Source: Octopus vulgaris
Lineage: Eukaryota
Direction of reading: 5' to 3'
Assembly (NCBI GenBank): GCA_951406725.2
Contig: OX597821.1
Span: 76,942,001 to 77,006,000 of the forward strand
Length of the DNA stretch: 64,000 nucleotides
Shown: in pieces, positions 39,553-53,170 of the stretch
How the letters are laid out: every line of letters starts with the position of its first letter
Position numbering within the stretch: position 1 is the first letter of the stretch
Position numbers and translations under genes: made by a program
Notes under the pieces: generated by a model
Seen by the model: only the letters and a program-made list of their open reading frames with translations
The model's database searches: none
What the model was told of the DNA's origin: nothing

Positions 39553-39590
39553 TCTTTTACGTTTCGAGCCTACGCTGTTCGACAGAAAGA
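39553..39590 (-). ncRNA. Degenerate H1 hammerhead (CUGUCGA); duplicate at 43478-43515
   Basis: TCTTT-CTGTCGA-acAGC gtag GCTc-GAAA-CG-TA-AAAGA. Confidence 0.6.
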
Positions 39591-39752
39591 TACACAGAAA
39601 AGAAACACGGAGAGAAACAAGGAGAGAAAAAATGCGTGTAGGAGCTCTATATCTATATCTATGCTATATGTATACGTACATATATATATATCTACACTAT
39701 ATGTATACTACATATATCTACACTATATCTATATGTATATATATATATATAC

Positions 39753-39806
<54 letters not shown>

Positions 39807-39973
39807 GTATAGATAACTGAAGAGATGGTGGTGTGGATTTCCACCTCGGCATTCGAAACTCAGAATTTTAACATGGCTACCGAATAATTGTCACATATTA
39901 CATTTACAGATAAATTCCTCTATTTACATAATATTGAGGTCTCTTTCTTTCTTTTGTTATCTTACCGTTTTTA

Positions 39974-40026
<53 letters not shown>

Positions 40027-40086
40027 TTTTTTTCAGAATGAGATAAAAAACCAAGGCTGTGAAGATTTTAGAACATTTATAAATAG

Positions 40087-40133
40087 GTCTTACAGTTGTT
40101 TCCAGGATATTCATTATATCCCTTTATCGGACG
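40087..40133 (-). ncRNA. Degenerate H2 hammerhead (CCGAUAA); duplicate at 44015-44061
   Basis: CCGATAA-ag-GGATAT aatga ATATCC-tg-GAAA-CAACTG-TA-AGAC, inside element 40022-40380. Confidence 0.55.
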
Positions 40134-40704
40134 GTGTGAGAAGATGGCTAAGCAATAGTTAATTTAGATAAGATACGAAATAGAGAGTGAAGTGGAGGAA
40201 TGAAAATAGATGTGAGATATGCAGGGATATTGCATTTGTAGATCCATTATTTAGACAGAATGGTATACATATAAGATTCCAATACCTTGTGAGTAAAATC
40301 CAATAGTATTTATAATTGGTCATTCCAAGTATAGGGTTTGTAAACTGTGTTATTGAATCAAGGGTTTTATTTAAAGATATATATACACACCACCACCGAC
40401 AGCAACAATAACAACATCAATAATGACGACAACAAGAGCAACAACGATAATAATGGACATGCGTATTGTCACGTTCACACAAAACATAGCAAAAACACTG
40501 CATCTTGTAGTTTTACACAAACACGCACAACCATATATGAACATACAATGAAATACGCAAAAGCGCGCGCACTCACATACGCATGCATATGCGCATTCAC
40601 ACAAAACACACGCAGTAAGAGACACAAACACACTGTGCTATGTATAATGATCATACATTCACATGATGCCAATATACTTTTACACACACACACGCAAGCA
40701 CGCA

Positions 40705-40783
<79 letters not shown>

Positions 40784-41231
40784 ATATAAGCAAAATTTTC
40801 GCGCTTCATACACGAAGAACAAATTCACCATAAACGTATTCAAGTAGCCATTATTTATACACATACACACACACACACACACATAAATATAAGCAAACGC
40901 ACACACATACATACGCACGTTGATGGACACATATACACTTGTATACAAACACACACGTACGTAAATACACACACACACACACACACATCCGTAGGCACAC
41001 ATACACACACACGTGCCTGGAGAGAGTGTTTATATACATTTCAATCAAGCAGGCAGCCATCCAAGAGGAATCGTTTGTTGCAATTGAATAATGACAACAA
41101 TGTGACAATGTTTTCCATTTCCTTGTCAAGAGAATTCGCACACCACACACACACACACACACACATGCACACACACATACACACTGAGGTACAGATAAAC
41201 ACACAAGCACACACACGCCTTTATATAATGT

Positions 41232-41280
<49 letters not shown>

Positions 41281-41426
41281 ATGTATGCCAGTATATACAT
41301 AAACACATTACTAATACGCACAAATAAATATACATTTATGCACACACTTCACACAAACATACATATATACGTATGCGTGTATATATTAGTCTATATATAT
41401 ATGCATGTGCGTGAGTATCATGCATT

Positions 41427-41460
<34 letters not shown>

Positions 41461-41633
41461 GACAGACTTAACAAACGCATGCGTATGTGTATGCATATCT
41501 GCTTGTACATAATATATATGTGCGTGTGCAAGCGTGTGTATACATATATATATATATATTATATATATTTATACGAATATCTATCTATATACATGCGTAT
41601 TTATACATTTATACATACATACCCGTATGTATA

Positions 41634-41733
41634 NNNNNNNNNNNNNNNNNNNNNNNNNNNNNNNNNNNNNNNNNNNNNNNNNNNNNNNNNNNNNNNNNNN
41701 NNNNNNNNNNNNNNNNNNNNNNNNNNNNNNNNN
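41634..41733. other. Assembly gap (100 N)
   Basis: Seen directly. Confidence 1.
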
Positions 41734-43679
41734 CACAAGGACAGCGATGAATGGAGTTAAGCCGGTTACTAGTTCTTCTTTTATCGATCCCTGAAGGAGG
41801 AAAAGCAAGGACGAACTCGGTGGTGTTTGAACTCAGCGCATAGAGAGCCAGGAGAAATACCGCTAAGCTTCTAGTCCGACTTGCTAATGATTCAGACAGT
41901 CCACCGCCATGGGGGAAGGGGGTGAGTCGATTACATCGACTCCCAGTGCCTAACTGGTACTTATCTTATTGACCCCGAACGGATGAAAGACATAGTTGGC
42001 CTCGGTGGAATTTGAACTCAGAGCGTATGGACAGACGAAATGCCGCTAAGCCTTTTGTCCAGCGTGCTAACGTTTCTGCCAGCTCGCCGCTTTACAGGCA
42101 TTCATAACAATGAAAACTCAAATTGGTTACACTCTCTGCAAGAAATAGCTCACAGAAAATGCTTGAAAGAACAGACAACAAATAAAGGACACATTGCAAA
42201 GTTGTGTTGGTTACAACTGGAATGACTTTGATAATAAGACTGATTCATTCGTGTTTGTCTGAGTTAACCGACAATGGTTTAAACCCTATACCATCGCTTG
42301 ACCTGCTACAATTAGCAAATGATACCCGACCGTCAAATCATATACCGACTACTTAAAACAGCAGTTTCCTAGACTAATGTAGGGTGGATTGGCGGTGGTG
42401 GCACGTGGCTTAGTGATCAGGTTATTCGGCTCATGATGGTTAGGTCGTGAGTTCGATTCTTGGCGGCGTGTTGTGCTTTTTGAGTAAGATACTTTATTTC
42501 ACGTTGCTCGGCTCTACTCGGCTGATAAACATGAGTTGTAGCTGTTATTCAAAGGGCCAGCCTTGTCGCACTCTATGTCGCGCTGGATTTCCCTGATAAC
42601 TACATTAAGGGTCTGCGTGTCTGTGGAGAGGTCAGCCTCTTGCACGTTAATTTCACGAGCAGGCCGTTTGGTTGATCCGATCAACTGGAACCCTCGTAGT
42701 CGCAACCGACGGAGTACCCGTTAGTGGTGGAGGATGAAAAATTTGAAAAAACGAAGGATAATCGTTATGCTTAATGAAGACCAACTTTAAGTTTTTAAAC
42801 TTGTCCAACCCATAACGATGGCGAAGAACTATGTTCATGCAAATTCTGTTTTGATTTTCTCCTCATCAATAGAAAGATGACATTGCAAGCGAAGTGGACG
42901 ATGGAATTTCTCAGTTGAAGAACCACTGATGTAGTCTTCGTAATGGGTGTTTTTTAAATTTCGTCTTTTAAAACAAGAATTAATGGCATAGCCATTTATG
43001 GATTGCATTTGGTGACTAGTCTCTTCGATCAAGACTGACACCACAGCAATAAAAACATCAATAACCTATATGCCCATACACCAAATTATAATTATTTTAT
43101 TTAAATATAATATTTAAACCAATTGTTTGGAAAACAACCACACTCTTTATACTAACAAAACTAAATCATTTTTGATAATTTTAATCCCATATATTATTCC
43201 TAAAAATTGAAAATTTTTCGTGCAATCTAGACCACAAAAAGATACACTATATGTATACGTATATATATATATCTATATCCATATTATATGTATACTTATA
43301 TATATATATATGTACACTATATGTATACGTATATATATATCTATATCTATACTATATGTATACTTATATATATTTATGTAACGGGAAGGTTTACGAAAAT
43401 AAACAAAAGACGAAGGCAGGTGGAGTACAAACAAACAAATGTATTAGTATGGCGCTCAGGAATAGAAATAGAACAAGTCTTTTACGTTTCGAGCCTACGC
43501 TGTTCGACAGAAAGATACACAGAAAAGAAACACGGAGAGAAACAAGGAGAGAAAAAAATGCGTGTAGGAGCTCTATATCTATATCTATGCTATATGTATA
43601 CGTACATATATATATATCTACACTATATGTATACTTACATATATCTACACTATATCTATATGTATATATATATATATAC

Positions 43680-43735
<56 letters not shown>

Positions 43736-43902
43736 GTATAGATAACTGAAGAGATGGTGGTGTGGATTTCCACCTCGGCATTCGAAACTCAGAATTTTAA
43801 CATGGCTACCGAATAATTGTCACATATTACATTTACAGATAAATTCCTCTATTTACATAATATTGAGGTCTCTTTCTTTCTTTTGTTATCTTACCGTTTT
43901 TA

Positions 43903-43955
<53 letters not shown>

Positions 43956-44634
43956 TTTTTTCAGAATGAGATAAAAAACCAAGGCTGTGAAGATTTTAGA
44001 ACATTTATAAATAGGTCTTACAGTTGTTTCCAGGATATTCATTATATCCCTTTATCGGACAGTGTGAGAAGATGGCTAAGCAATAGTTAATTTAGATAAG
44101 ATACGAAATAGAGAGTGAAGTGGAGGAATGAAAATAGATGTGAGATATGCAGGGATATTGCATTTGTAGATCCATTATTTAGACAGAATGGTATACATAT
44201 AAGATTCCAATACCTTGTGAGTAAAATCCAATAGTATTTATAATTGGTCATTCCAAGTATAGGGTTTGTAAACTGTGTTATTGAATCAAGGGTTTTATTT
44301 AAAGATATATATACACACCACCACCGACAGCAACAATAACAACATCAATAATGACGACAACAAGAGCAACAACGATAATAATGGACATGCGTATTGTCAC
44401 GTTCACACAAAACATAGCAAAAACACTGCATCTTGTAGTTTTACACAAACACGCACAACCATATATGAACATACAATGAAATACGCAAAAGCGCGCGCAC
44501 TCACATACGCATGCATATGCGCATTCACACAAAACACACGCAGTAAGAGACACAAACACACTGTGCTATGTATAATGATCATACATTCACATGATGCCAA
44601 TATACTTTTACACACACACACACGCAAGCACGCA

Positions 44635-44713
<79 letters not shown>

Positions 44714-45173
44714 ATATAAGCAAAATTTTCGCGCTTCATACACGAAGAACAAATTCACCATAAACGTATTCAAGTAGCCATTATTTATACACATACACAC
44801 ACACACACACACATAAATATAAGCAAACGCACACACATACATACGCACGTTGATGGACACATATACACTTGTATACAAACACACACGTACGTAAATACAC
44901 ACACACACACACACACATCCGTAGGCACACATACACACACACGTGCCTGGAGAGAGTGTTTATATACATTTCAATCAAGCAGGCAGCCATCCAAGAGGAA
45001 TCGTTTGTTGCAATTGAATAATGACAACAATGTGACAATGTTTTCCATTTCCTTGTCAAGAGAATTCGCACACCACACACACACACACATGCACACACAC
45101 ACACACACACACACATGCACACACACACACACTGAGGTACAGATAAACACACACACACGCCTTTATATAATGT

Positions 45174-45212
<39 letters not shown>

Positions 45213-45320
45213 ATGTATGCCAGTATGTACATAAACACATTACTAATACGCACAAATAAATATACATTTATGCACACACTTCACACAAACATACATATAT
45301 ACGTATGCGTGTATATATTA

Positions 45321-45369
<49 letters not shown>

Positions 45370-45443
45370 GACTAACAAACGCATGCGTATGTGTATGCAT
45401 ATCTGCTTGTACATAATATATATGTGCGTGTGCAAGCGTGTGT

Positions 45444-45480
<37 letters not shown>

Positions 45481-45540
45481 CGAATATCTATCTATATATA
45501 TGCGTATTTATACATTTATACATACATACCCGTATGTATA
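41734..45540 (+). repeat. ~3.8-kb direct duplication, copy 2
   Basis: Starts immediately after the gap at CACAAGGACAGCG; differs from copy 1 by a few SNPs and microsatellite lengths. Confidence 0.97.
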
Positions 45541-45624
45541 TATGTATGTATCTATATAGGTTTGTATGTATACATAAGTATTTACACATACACATACACA
45601 CACGCAGGCACGCACACACGCAAT

Positions 45625-45677
<53 letters not shown>

Positions 45678-46260
45678 GCACACACACACACACGCATGCA
45701 TGTGTTTTGATTTCAAAACTTTAAATCAGAATCTGCCATATTCTGTTATATTTCAAGAACTGTCAACAAAATAGATACCAAAGTTTGCTTTTGAAAAGTT
45801 TAATAATATATCGTTGAGCTAATTAATTATGAACTGCCCCATATTCAGGGAAAAACAGCTTATTTCGTATTTGATATTGGAGACTTAGTAATCTGACCTA
45901 TATGTTCTAAATTGGACCGACATTGTTTTTTTAAGACTATCAATAGACCTATAAGTCTTTGTAAGTTTTGGCAGAGGAGCAGCGATTTTGAGTGGTTGGT
46001 GGGTGAGTCAATTATATGGACCCCAGTACTGGACTGCTATTATTCTATCGATCCTGAGGATATGAAATGCATAGTTGGCCGAAATCTGATAGGCGGAAAC
46101 TGTGTGGAAGCCCGTCGTGTATGTATATAAGCATATATATATAGTTGATCCCTCCCCCACCCCCCCAAAAAACAAAGAAGAAACAAGAAAAAACAACAAC
46201 AACGCGGGGACGTGGTACATGAAAAGTATTAGCAGGCGCTCAGGGAAGGAAAGAAAGGTA

Positions 46261-46296
46261 GATTTACGTTTCGAGCAAAGTTCTTCGTCAGAAACA
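46261..46296 (-). ncRNA. Minimal hammerhead in a short TA-flanked element (~46145-46348)
   Basis: TTT-CTGACGA-a-GAAC tttg CTC-GAAA-CG-TA-AATC; stems partly decayed. Confidence 0.6.
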
Positions 46297-46346
46297 GGAA
46301 TCAGAGTAAAGTCCAAGACGACGGAAAAAAATCGCCAACGATTCAC

Positions 46347-46503
<157 letters not shown>

Positions 46504-46836
46504 TTATGTATATGTATATATACACACACACATATATATATATTTATGTAATATAGAGTGAAATTTTTAATTTTAATTTTAATGTATTAATTGACTCATA
46601 TTTCGTATATGATTATTTACCATACGTATCTGGAATCTGTCCTTCGATTTAAGGTTTTCTTCGGTTTTACAATAGGATTAATTTATACTAAATTTATTTT
46701 ATTCATTGCATGCTTAAGTTGAAAGGACCAATGAAACAAAACCATTTTCAAAGGTGTATCCTTTAAACTAGTTTTCAAAGGTGTTTGATTATATCAAACA
46801 AAATCTTATATATATATAGTTCTGTTCCATTCTAAC

Positions 46837-46882
46837 AAAACTGTCCAATGAACGGGAACGTGAAACTCTGAGTAACAGTTTT
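46837..46882 (+). ncRNA. Type I hammerhead with G5A decay in a pLTR-like element (~46550-46960)
   Basis: AAAACTGT-CCAATGA-ACG ggaa CGT-GAAA-CTC t GAG-TA-ACAGTTTT; 8-bp stem I. Confidence 0.7.
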
Positions 46883-47163
46883 TGTGATATTTTTGCTGCT
46901 TTTGAATACATCTGGTATTTGAGTACTCTTTTTCCAATTTGTTTCACATTAATATTGATTTCAATGAAACACTCGTCAATTACAACAGTGATTCTAATGC
47001 TCAGTTATTTCATTCTTAAGATTGTGTCAGACATCGCAATCAAGGCCATACTGCAGCACTGCGTTTGAGTTGCCTAAACATGTTATTATTACTATGGAAA
47101 CACCTTGTCATTCCAGACATCGTTAATGTATAAGTATATGCATATGCGTCCATTTCTGTGTTC

Positions 47164-47199
47164 CTTTCTGCTGAAGAGCGTAGGCTCGAAACGTAAAAG
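47164..47199 (+). ncRNA. H1-family hammerhead (core CUGCUGA)
   Basis: CTTT-CTGCTGA-a-GAGC gtag GCTC-GAAA-CG-TA-AAAG. Confidence 0.62.
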
Positions 47200-47587
47200 A
47201 CTTTCTCTCTTCCAGAGCGTTACACTAATACATCTTTTGTTGTTTACACACCCGTCTTCGTCTTCGTCTTTTGTTTGTTTTTTTATTTTGTAAATTCCAA
47301 CTATATATATAAAACAATATTCAGTTGAATAAATACTATAAAGGTGACGCACGTAGTTAGGTCGGAATAAAATGCACACATAACAATTATAGATGAATAC
47401 CAACCTTGGTACAGAAATATTGGCAAAATAACATTCGGGTAATGTATGCAGTTCATTTGACCCAGCTGAGTATATAACCCGCTCTTGAGCTATTCAGACA
47501 TGAACATTGTATCAAATATACGGTCTATAATAGACTCCGGAATACATGAGGGGCATTTTCCAAGAGGAGTGAATTAAAAATAAATAA

Positions 47588-47750
47588 GACGCAGGAGTGG
47601 CTGTGTGGTAAGTAGCTCGCTTAGCAACCACATGGGTCCGGGTTCAGTCCCACTGCATGGCACCTTGGGCAAGTGTCTTTTACTATAGCCACGGGCCGAC
47701 TAAAACCTTGTGAGTGGATTTGGTAGACGGAAACTGAAAGAAGTCTGTCA
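47588..47750 (+). mobile_element. SINE family B head
   Basis: GCAGGAGTGGCTGTGTGGTAAG..GGTTCAGTCCC..ACCTTGGGCAAGTG. Confidence 0.9.
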
Positions 47751-47813
47751 TATATATGTATATTTTACTAAAGAAACCAAAAAGCAATGTATTGGAGTTA
47801 TAACGATCGATGG

Positions 47814-47902
<89 letters not shown>

Positions 47903-47903
<1 letters not shown>

Positions 47904-48440
47904 TTATGTTTGACTTTTCCTTTGCATTTGTACAAGTTGGCTCTAAGTCTCACCCAGAGACCGCAAAAGACAACAAGCTAGAAGTTCAAGTTGGTGTTAT
48001 GCCTAGGGTGTCATATATTTGGTGTTGTTGTATATAGTATTGTTCTAGAGAATGTTTAAGAAAACATAAGAAAATTATGAGTTTGTTTTAAAAATTGAGA
48101 TTACATAGAAAGTATTTTGCGTAGGATACGGGAATTTCCCATGAGCACTATCTTTTGAATTTCTACCATTTTGGGGTTTCCTGGTATCTGAGCTAGGTAG
48201 CAATCAGCCCCTTTTGCTATCATTCCCAGGGCACCTATGACAACAGGTATTGTTTTAGTCTTCAGGTTCCACATTTTGCTGATTTCTATTTCCAGATCTT
48301 TATACTTGCTCAGTTTTTGGTAGGTCTTGACAGATACGTTTATATCGATTGGGACAGTCATATCAATGAGGAGGCATGATTTTTGTCTGAAGTCTTTCAA
48401 TATAATGTCTGGCCTATTCACATCTATCTTTCTGTCAGTT
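47903..48440 (-). mobile_element. R4/Dong-like non-LTR retrotransposon 3' end, inserted at (TAA)n
   Basis: Endonuclease ORF end plus ~200-bp 3' UTR running into (TAA)n at 47814-47902; more (TAA/CAA)n at the truncated 5' side. Confidence 0.88.
48101..48421 (-). CDS. Restriction-like endonuclease domain of an R4-clade ORF (fragment)
   Basis: NRPDII..LIDMTVP..KLSKYKDL..IPVVIGALG (PD..D and K..KY motifs). Confidence 0.9.
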   Translation of the reverse strand: MNRPDIILKDFRQKSCLLIDMTVPIDINVSVKTYQKLSKYKDLEIEISKMWNLKTKTIPVVIGALGMIAKGADCYLAQIPGNPKMVEIQKIVLMGNSRILRKILSM

Positions 48441-48494
48441 CGTTAGTTATTATTATTGTTGTTGTTGTTGTTGTTATCATTGTGAAGACACCAA

Positions 48495-48925
48495 ATGGCA
48501 GAATCGTTCTGTCGCCAGGAAAATGCTTGGCGACATTCAGTCCGTCTGTACGTTCTGATTTCAAATTTCACCGAGGTCTGCTCTGTCTTTTATCCTTTCG
48601 GGGTCAATAAAATAAGTACCGTTCGAGCACTGGAGTCGACCTAATCGATTTCCTCCCTTTCCCGAACTTGTGGGCCTTGTGCCAAATTTTAAAACCAATA
48701 TCTTAAGATGGCGAACTGGAAGACTAGTTAGTGCGCAGGGAAAATGTTTAATGGCGTTTCGTCCGTCTTTACGTTCTGATTTCAAAATGCCGCCCAAGTC
48801 GACTTTGTCTTTCATCCTTTCGAGGTCGATAAAAGTAAGTACCAGTTAAGCACTGGAGACGATATAATCGACTTAACCCCTCCCTCACCCGAACTTTCGG
48901 GCTTTGTGCTAACATTTGAAACCAA
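48495..48925 (+). mobile_element. Two tandem SINE family A copies
   Basis: Heads at ~48495 and ~48709. Confidence 0.85.
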
Positions 48926-49387
48926 TATTATGCAATGATGACAATTTAGATGTCTGTGGAACCGAACCAGAAATCACGTGGTTGGAGACCGACCTTCTTA
49001 ACCACACAGCCACGACTGCGCGAAAGAAGTGAAAGAAAAATTAAAATAAATAATTAAAACGTCAAAACTAACATAAACATATCGCAGTAAATTTGAGAAG
49101 TGATTGGAAGAAACAGAGAAACGAAAATGAATTGGGTAACTCTTAAGCGGAAATATTGGGTTTAGATAATTTGATGAATTACATTTCGTGTATCTATGTC
49201 CCCCACCACATAGAAACATGCTTTCTGAAATACGCTCTTGATATCAATAACAGCGCAACAACATTTCTTCCCTTTGATATCAACCAACTAAGACTTGTTG
49301 AGGGATCGTATTGCTTTCAGAAAAGCTTTCTACAAACAAGAATTTTTAATAGAACACACGCATGTCACCCTATGACTCTCTACTTAG

Positions 49388-49482
<95 letters not shown>

Positions 49483-49584
49483 CATTTATATACACACATA
49501 CATATAATATTCACATAAATGTATACATATATATGCATATATCTCTATCTGTCTCACTCTCTCTGTATATACACACATGCATAC

Positions 49585-49631
<47 letters not shown>

Positions 49632-50466
49632 CATATATCTATATCTAACTATCTCACTCTCTCTGTATATACATTAGATATATACATACATACGTATATA
49701 TATATATATCTAAAAGCATGGACCGGCTGTCGCGCTCAAACTGGTAACAAAAATAGGTATATACAAATGTAAGGATGTACATGTGCGTACATGTGCAGGC
49801 ATGTATTTATACGCTTGTATGCGTGTATGTATGGATAGATGGATGGATGAACGTATTTATGTGCGTACTAATTGAATAGATGTTGCCTCTGGAGGTAATA
49901 TAAAGCGTTTGAAGAGCAACATTTTAAAGATTATTGTTGATGACAGAGAAATGCACACCACCCACACATTCCAGTATTTTTCTGAGAATCTTTTATGAAG
50001 AATATCTATGTAAACCAACAGTTATGATGTCGAACCGCAAAGTAAGGAGATGAAAAAGAATGTTAACATCAAGGCTTTTAAATATTTAATTTAATACCCC
50101 CACACATGCATGCTATCTTTTGTTTCACGTACAAGAGAAAGAATACTCAATACATGACCAAGAGTATATTTAGAAGTCAGTGATTCGCTCCGTCGCTACG
50201 CACAGTTTTCTATTTGATGCATTTTGCAGGCGAGGTCAAGTGAATGATGGAAAAATTCGTTGGTTTAATCATTATTTTCTTTATTATTTCAGAACATTTG
50301 GTGTTAGAGAAGATTATATATGGTACATAAATTTACCAGAGTGAGAAGAAAGTTTTGCGGTGTATAATCTTCCATTGTAGATTTGTCCAATATATTTAAT
50401 GGATAAAATTCAAATTGATCTAGGAGAAAAAAATCTTGCATGCACCGGTATATATATATATATATA

Positions 50467-50588
50467 TAATTGCCAACCAAGTGTGGCGTCCTATACGGGA
50501 CATCGCTACAGGCGTTTATAGCCCCAGGAAGACCTATAAACGCCGGTAGCACTGTCTCGTATAGGACGACACATTTGGTTGGCAATTA
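50467..50588. mobile_element. Palindromic (hairpin) MITE in (TA)n
   Basis: ~55-bp arms TAATTGCCAACCAA..CGTTTATAG / CTATAAACG..TTGGTTGGCAATTA with a short spacer. Confidence 0.85.
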
Positions 50589-50667
50589 TATGTTACGATT
50601 CAATATTGCTACAGTTTACATCTCGCTCAGAGATTTATTATACCTATATATATATACACGTACATAT

Positions 50668-51530
50668 AAGAGGGAATTTACCACTGTGGAAACCCTTATG
50701 CTAGAAGAAGTTCCGCTATGGTCTTACCACTAAGAATTGTTCTCTAGAAAATTTAGCAAACACCAGAAACGTAAGCGAGCAAGACAAATGAAAAGTAACA
50801 AAAATATAAATTAATCATAAACAAATGTTTCACTATCAATAAATTATGAAATGTTACTTACATAATTTATTTGTAGATCTTCAGTATGATCCTCCATACA
50901 AATATAATTTGCAGAACTACACGCCAGACATTAACACGAGGTCGAAAATGCATGCAGTTCTACCTATTACACTTGCGGGTTTTTTTCAAATGTCTTCGTT
51001 TTGGCGCGCTAAATTACCAGAAATAATACTGCATGAAATAATTCACTGCAGTAGCCTTTGCCGGTTTGAGAACGCATCAATCTAAAATTAAAATTAAAAT
51101 GAGGGTGAAAAATTGGATATTAATTTGATAACATCAATTTTAACACCAGTGGTCTAGCATATAAAAAAAAACTGAGGTTCAGTAAATAGTATTACATACA
51201 TTTAAAAGGGAATTACCACTATGTAGAAACCCTTATGCTAGAAGAAGACCCGCTATGGTTTATGATTAATCTATATTTTTGTTACTTTTCAATTGTCTTG
51301 CTCGCTTACGTTTCTGATGTTTGCCAAATTTTCTAGAGAACACTTCTTAGTGGTAAGACCATAGCGGATCTTCTTCAAGCATAAGGGTTTCCACATAGTG
51401 GTAAATCCCTTTTAAATGTATGTAATACTATTTACTGAACCTCAGTTTTTTTTTATATGCTAGACCACTGTTGTTAAAACTGATGTTATCAAATTAATAT
51501 CCAATTTTTCACCCTCATTTTAATTTTAAT
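50668..51530. mobile_element. Cluster of pLTR-like family H3 copies in direct and inverted orientation
   Basis: 50668-50815 (+), 51085-51259 (+) and 51269-51530 (-); another copy at 56708-56858 (-). Confidence 0.85.
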
Positions 51531-51569
51531 TCATATATATATATTTATACACACACACACACACACGCG

Positions 51570-51611
<42 letters not shown>

Positions 51612-51614
<3 letters not shown>

Positions 51615-51830
51615 GAGGGTGCTGAAAAGTACCTAGCTTTAAGGGTATCGCAAAAGGATTGGTTGGTGGCCCAACCTTCTGACTTTTTTTACAGGGCTTA
51701 GAAATACTGAAGGATCTCTGCAATAAGTGTATGAATTTGAGAGGGGAATATGTTGAATAAAATCATAATTAACTGATCATCCTGTTTTTTCTTTTACCCA
51801 AAGTCAGGAACCTTTTAGCACTCTCTCTTG
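51612..51830 (+). mobile_element. Mariner-derived MITE
   Basis: TIRs CAAGAGGGTGCTGAAAAGT.CCT / AGGAACCTTTTAGCACTCTCTCTTG; retains the transposase C-terminus GLEILKDLCNKCMNLRGEYVE*. Confidence 0.82.
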
Positions 51831-52625
51831 TGTGTGGGTGTGTGTCTGTGCGCGTGCACAGACACACACACACACGCACACGCACACGCACACACACACA
51901 CACACACCGGGTTTCTAAGCAATTTTTGTGAACCAAATTCACCTGTGCAACTTTGGAAGACACTTGCCCAAGGTGCCGGGAAGTGGAATAGAACTCAAAG
52001 CCAAGCGGTTGCAAAGCAAATTACAAAACCGCATGAGTATATTTATAAAGAAAAAAAACATGTAGTATATTGACATTCTTAGAGAAAGGGGAGGGAGGAC
52101 AAGACAGCTTTAAATGCAGCATTTTAGCCAACCAACACGTTAGGGGAAATGCATGGACACCTCTCCATCCCAGTTTTTCTCTTAAACATATGCATGACCT
52201 TCACCCTCAGAGTGAAAGAAAACAAAACAATACAAACTGATATATATATTGTTTTTCTTTGACTCGAAGTCGACTAAGATGGCGCAAAGGCTTTCCAGCC
52301 ATACCATCTCGTCTTTTTGTCTTGTCCGATGAGTCCTTCCGTATTTTAAAGAAAGTAGCACGTAGCCAGCTAGAAATAGTAGGCAGGTTGTGTAACTACC
52401 TGGAAGCTTTGTTATTCACTCAGGAACTTAAAATATATTATACACCTGCAAACAGTGAAGAGTAACAAGCACAGACCGATTGTGCAACATTCATTGGACT
52501 TGCGTTGCTATACTTGGGAAAAAAAGTGTATCTGTTACGCAAGGGAATACATAGTCTTGTAATACACAGGACCAAAGATTTTAGTTCGCATAATGCCTTA
52601 CATATTGTAAACCCTTAAATTTCTA

Positions 52626-53170
52626 CGGCGAGCTGGCAGAATCGTTAGCACGCCGGGCGAAACGCGTAGCCGCATTTCGTCTGCCACTACGTTCTGAGTT
52701 CAAATTCCTCCGAGGTCGACTTTGCCTTTCATCCTTTCGGGGTCGATAAATTAAGTACCAGTTACGCACTGGTGTCGATGTAATCGACTTAATCCGTTTG
52801 TCTGTCCTTGTTTGTCCACTATGTGTTTTAGCCCCTTGTGGTTAGTAAAGAAATAGGTATTTCGTCTGTCTTTACTTTCTGAATTCAAATTCCGCTGAAG
52901 TCGACTTTGCCTTTCATCCTTTCGAGGTCGATAAATTAAGTACCTGTTGCATACTGGCGTCGTTCTAATCGACTGCCCCCCCCCCAAAAAAAATTTCGGG
53001 CCTTGTGTTTAGAGTAGAAAAGAATTGTTAGCACGCCGGATAAAATGCTTAGCGGCATTTCTTGCGGCTATTTATGTTCTGACTTCAAAATCCGCTGATA
53101 TCAACTTTGCCTTTCATCGATAAAATAAAGTACCAGTCAAGTACTAGAGGCCTCCACCCTTCAGAAATGC
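52626..53170 (+). mobile_element. SINE family A multimer
   Basis: A dimeric copy plus a third partial copy. Confidence 0.9.

Larger units (their letters stand above)
37818..41633 (+). repeat. ~3.8-kb direct duplication, copy 1
   Basis: Near-identical to 41734-45540; contains SINE A (37860-38175), SINE C (38480-38800), H1 and H2 elements. Confidence 0.97.

Noticed and set aside
37818-45540. Genuine recent segmental duplication
   Set aside because: Breakpoints coincide exactly with the N gap, so an artefact is more likely; duplicate hammerhead copies were not counted twice.
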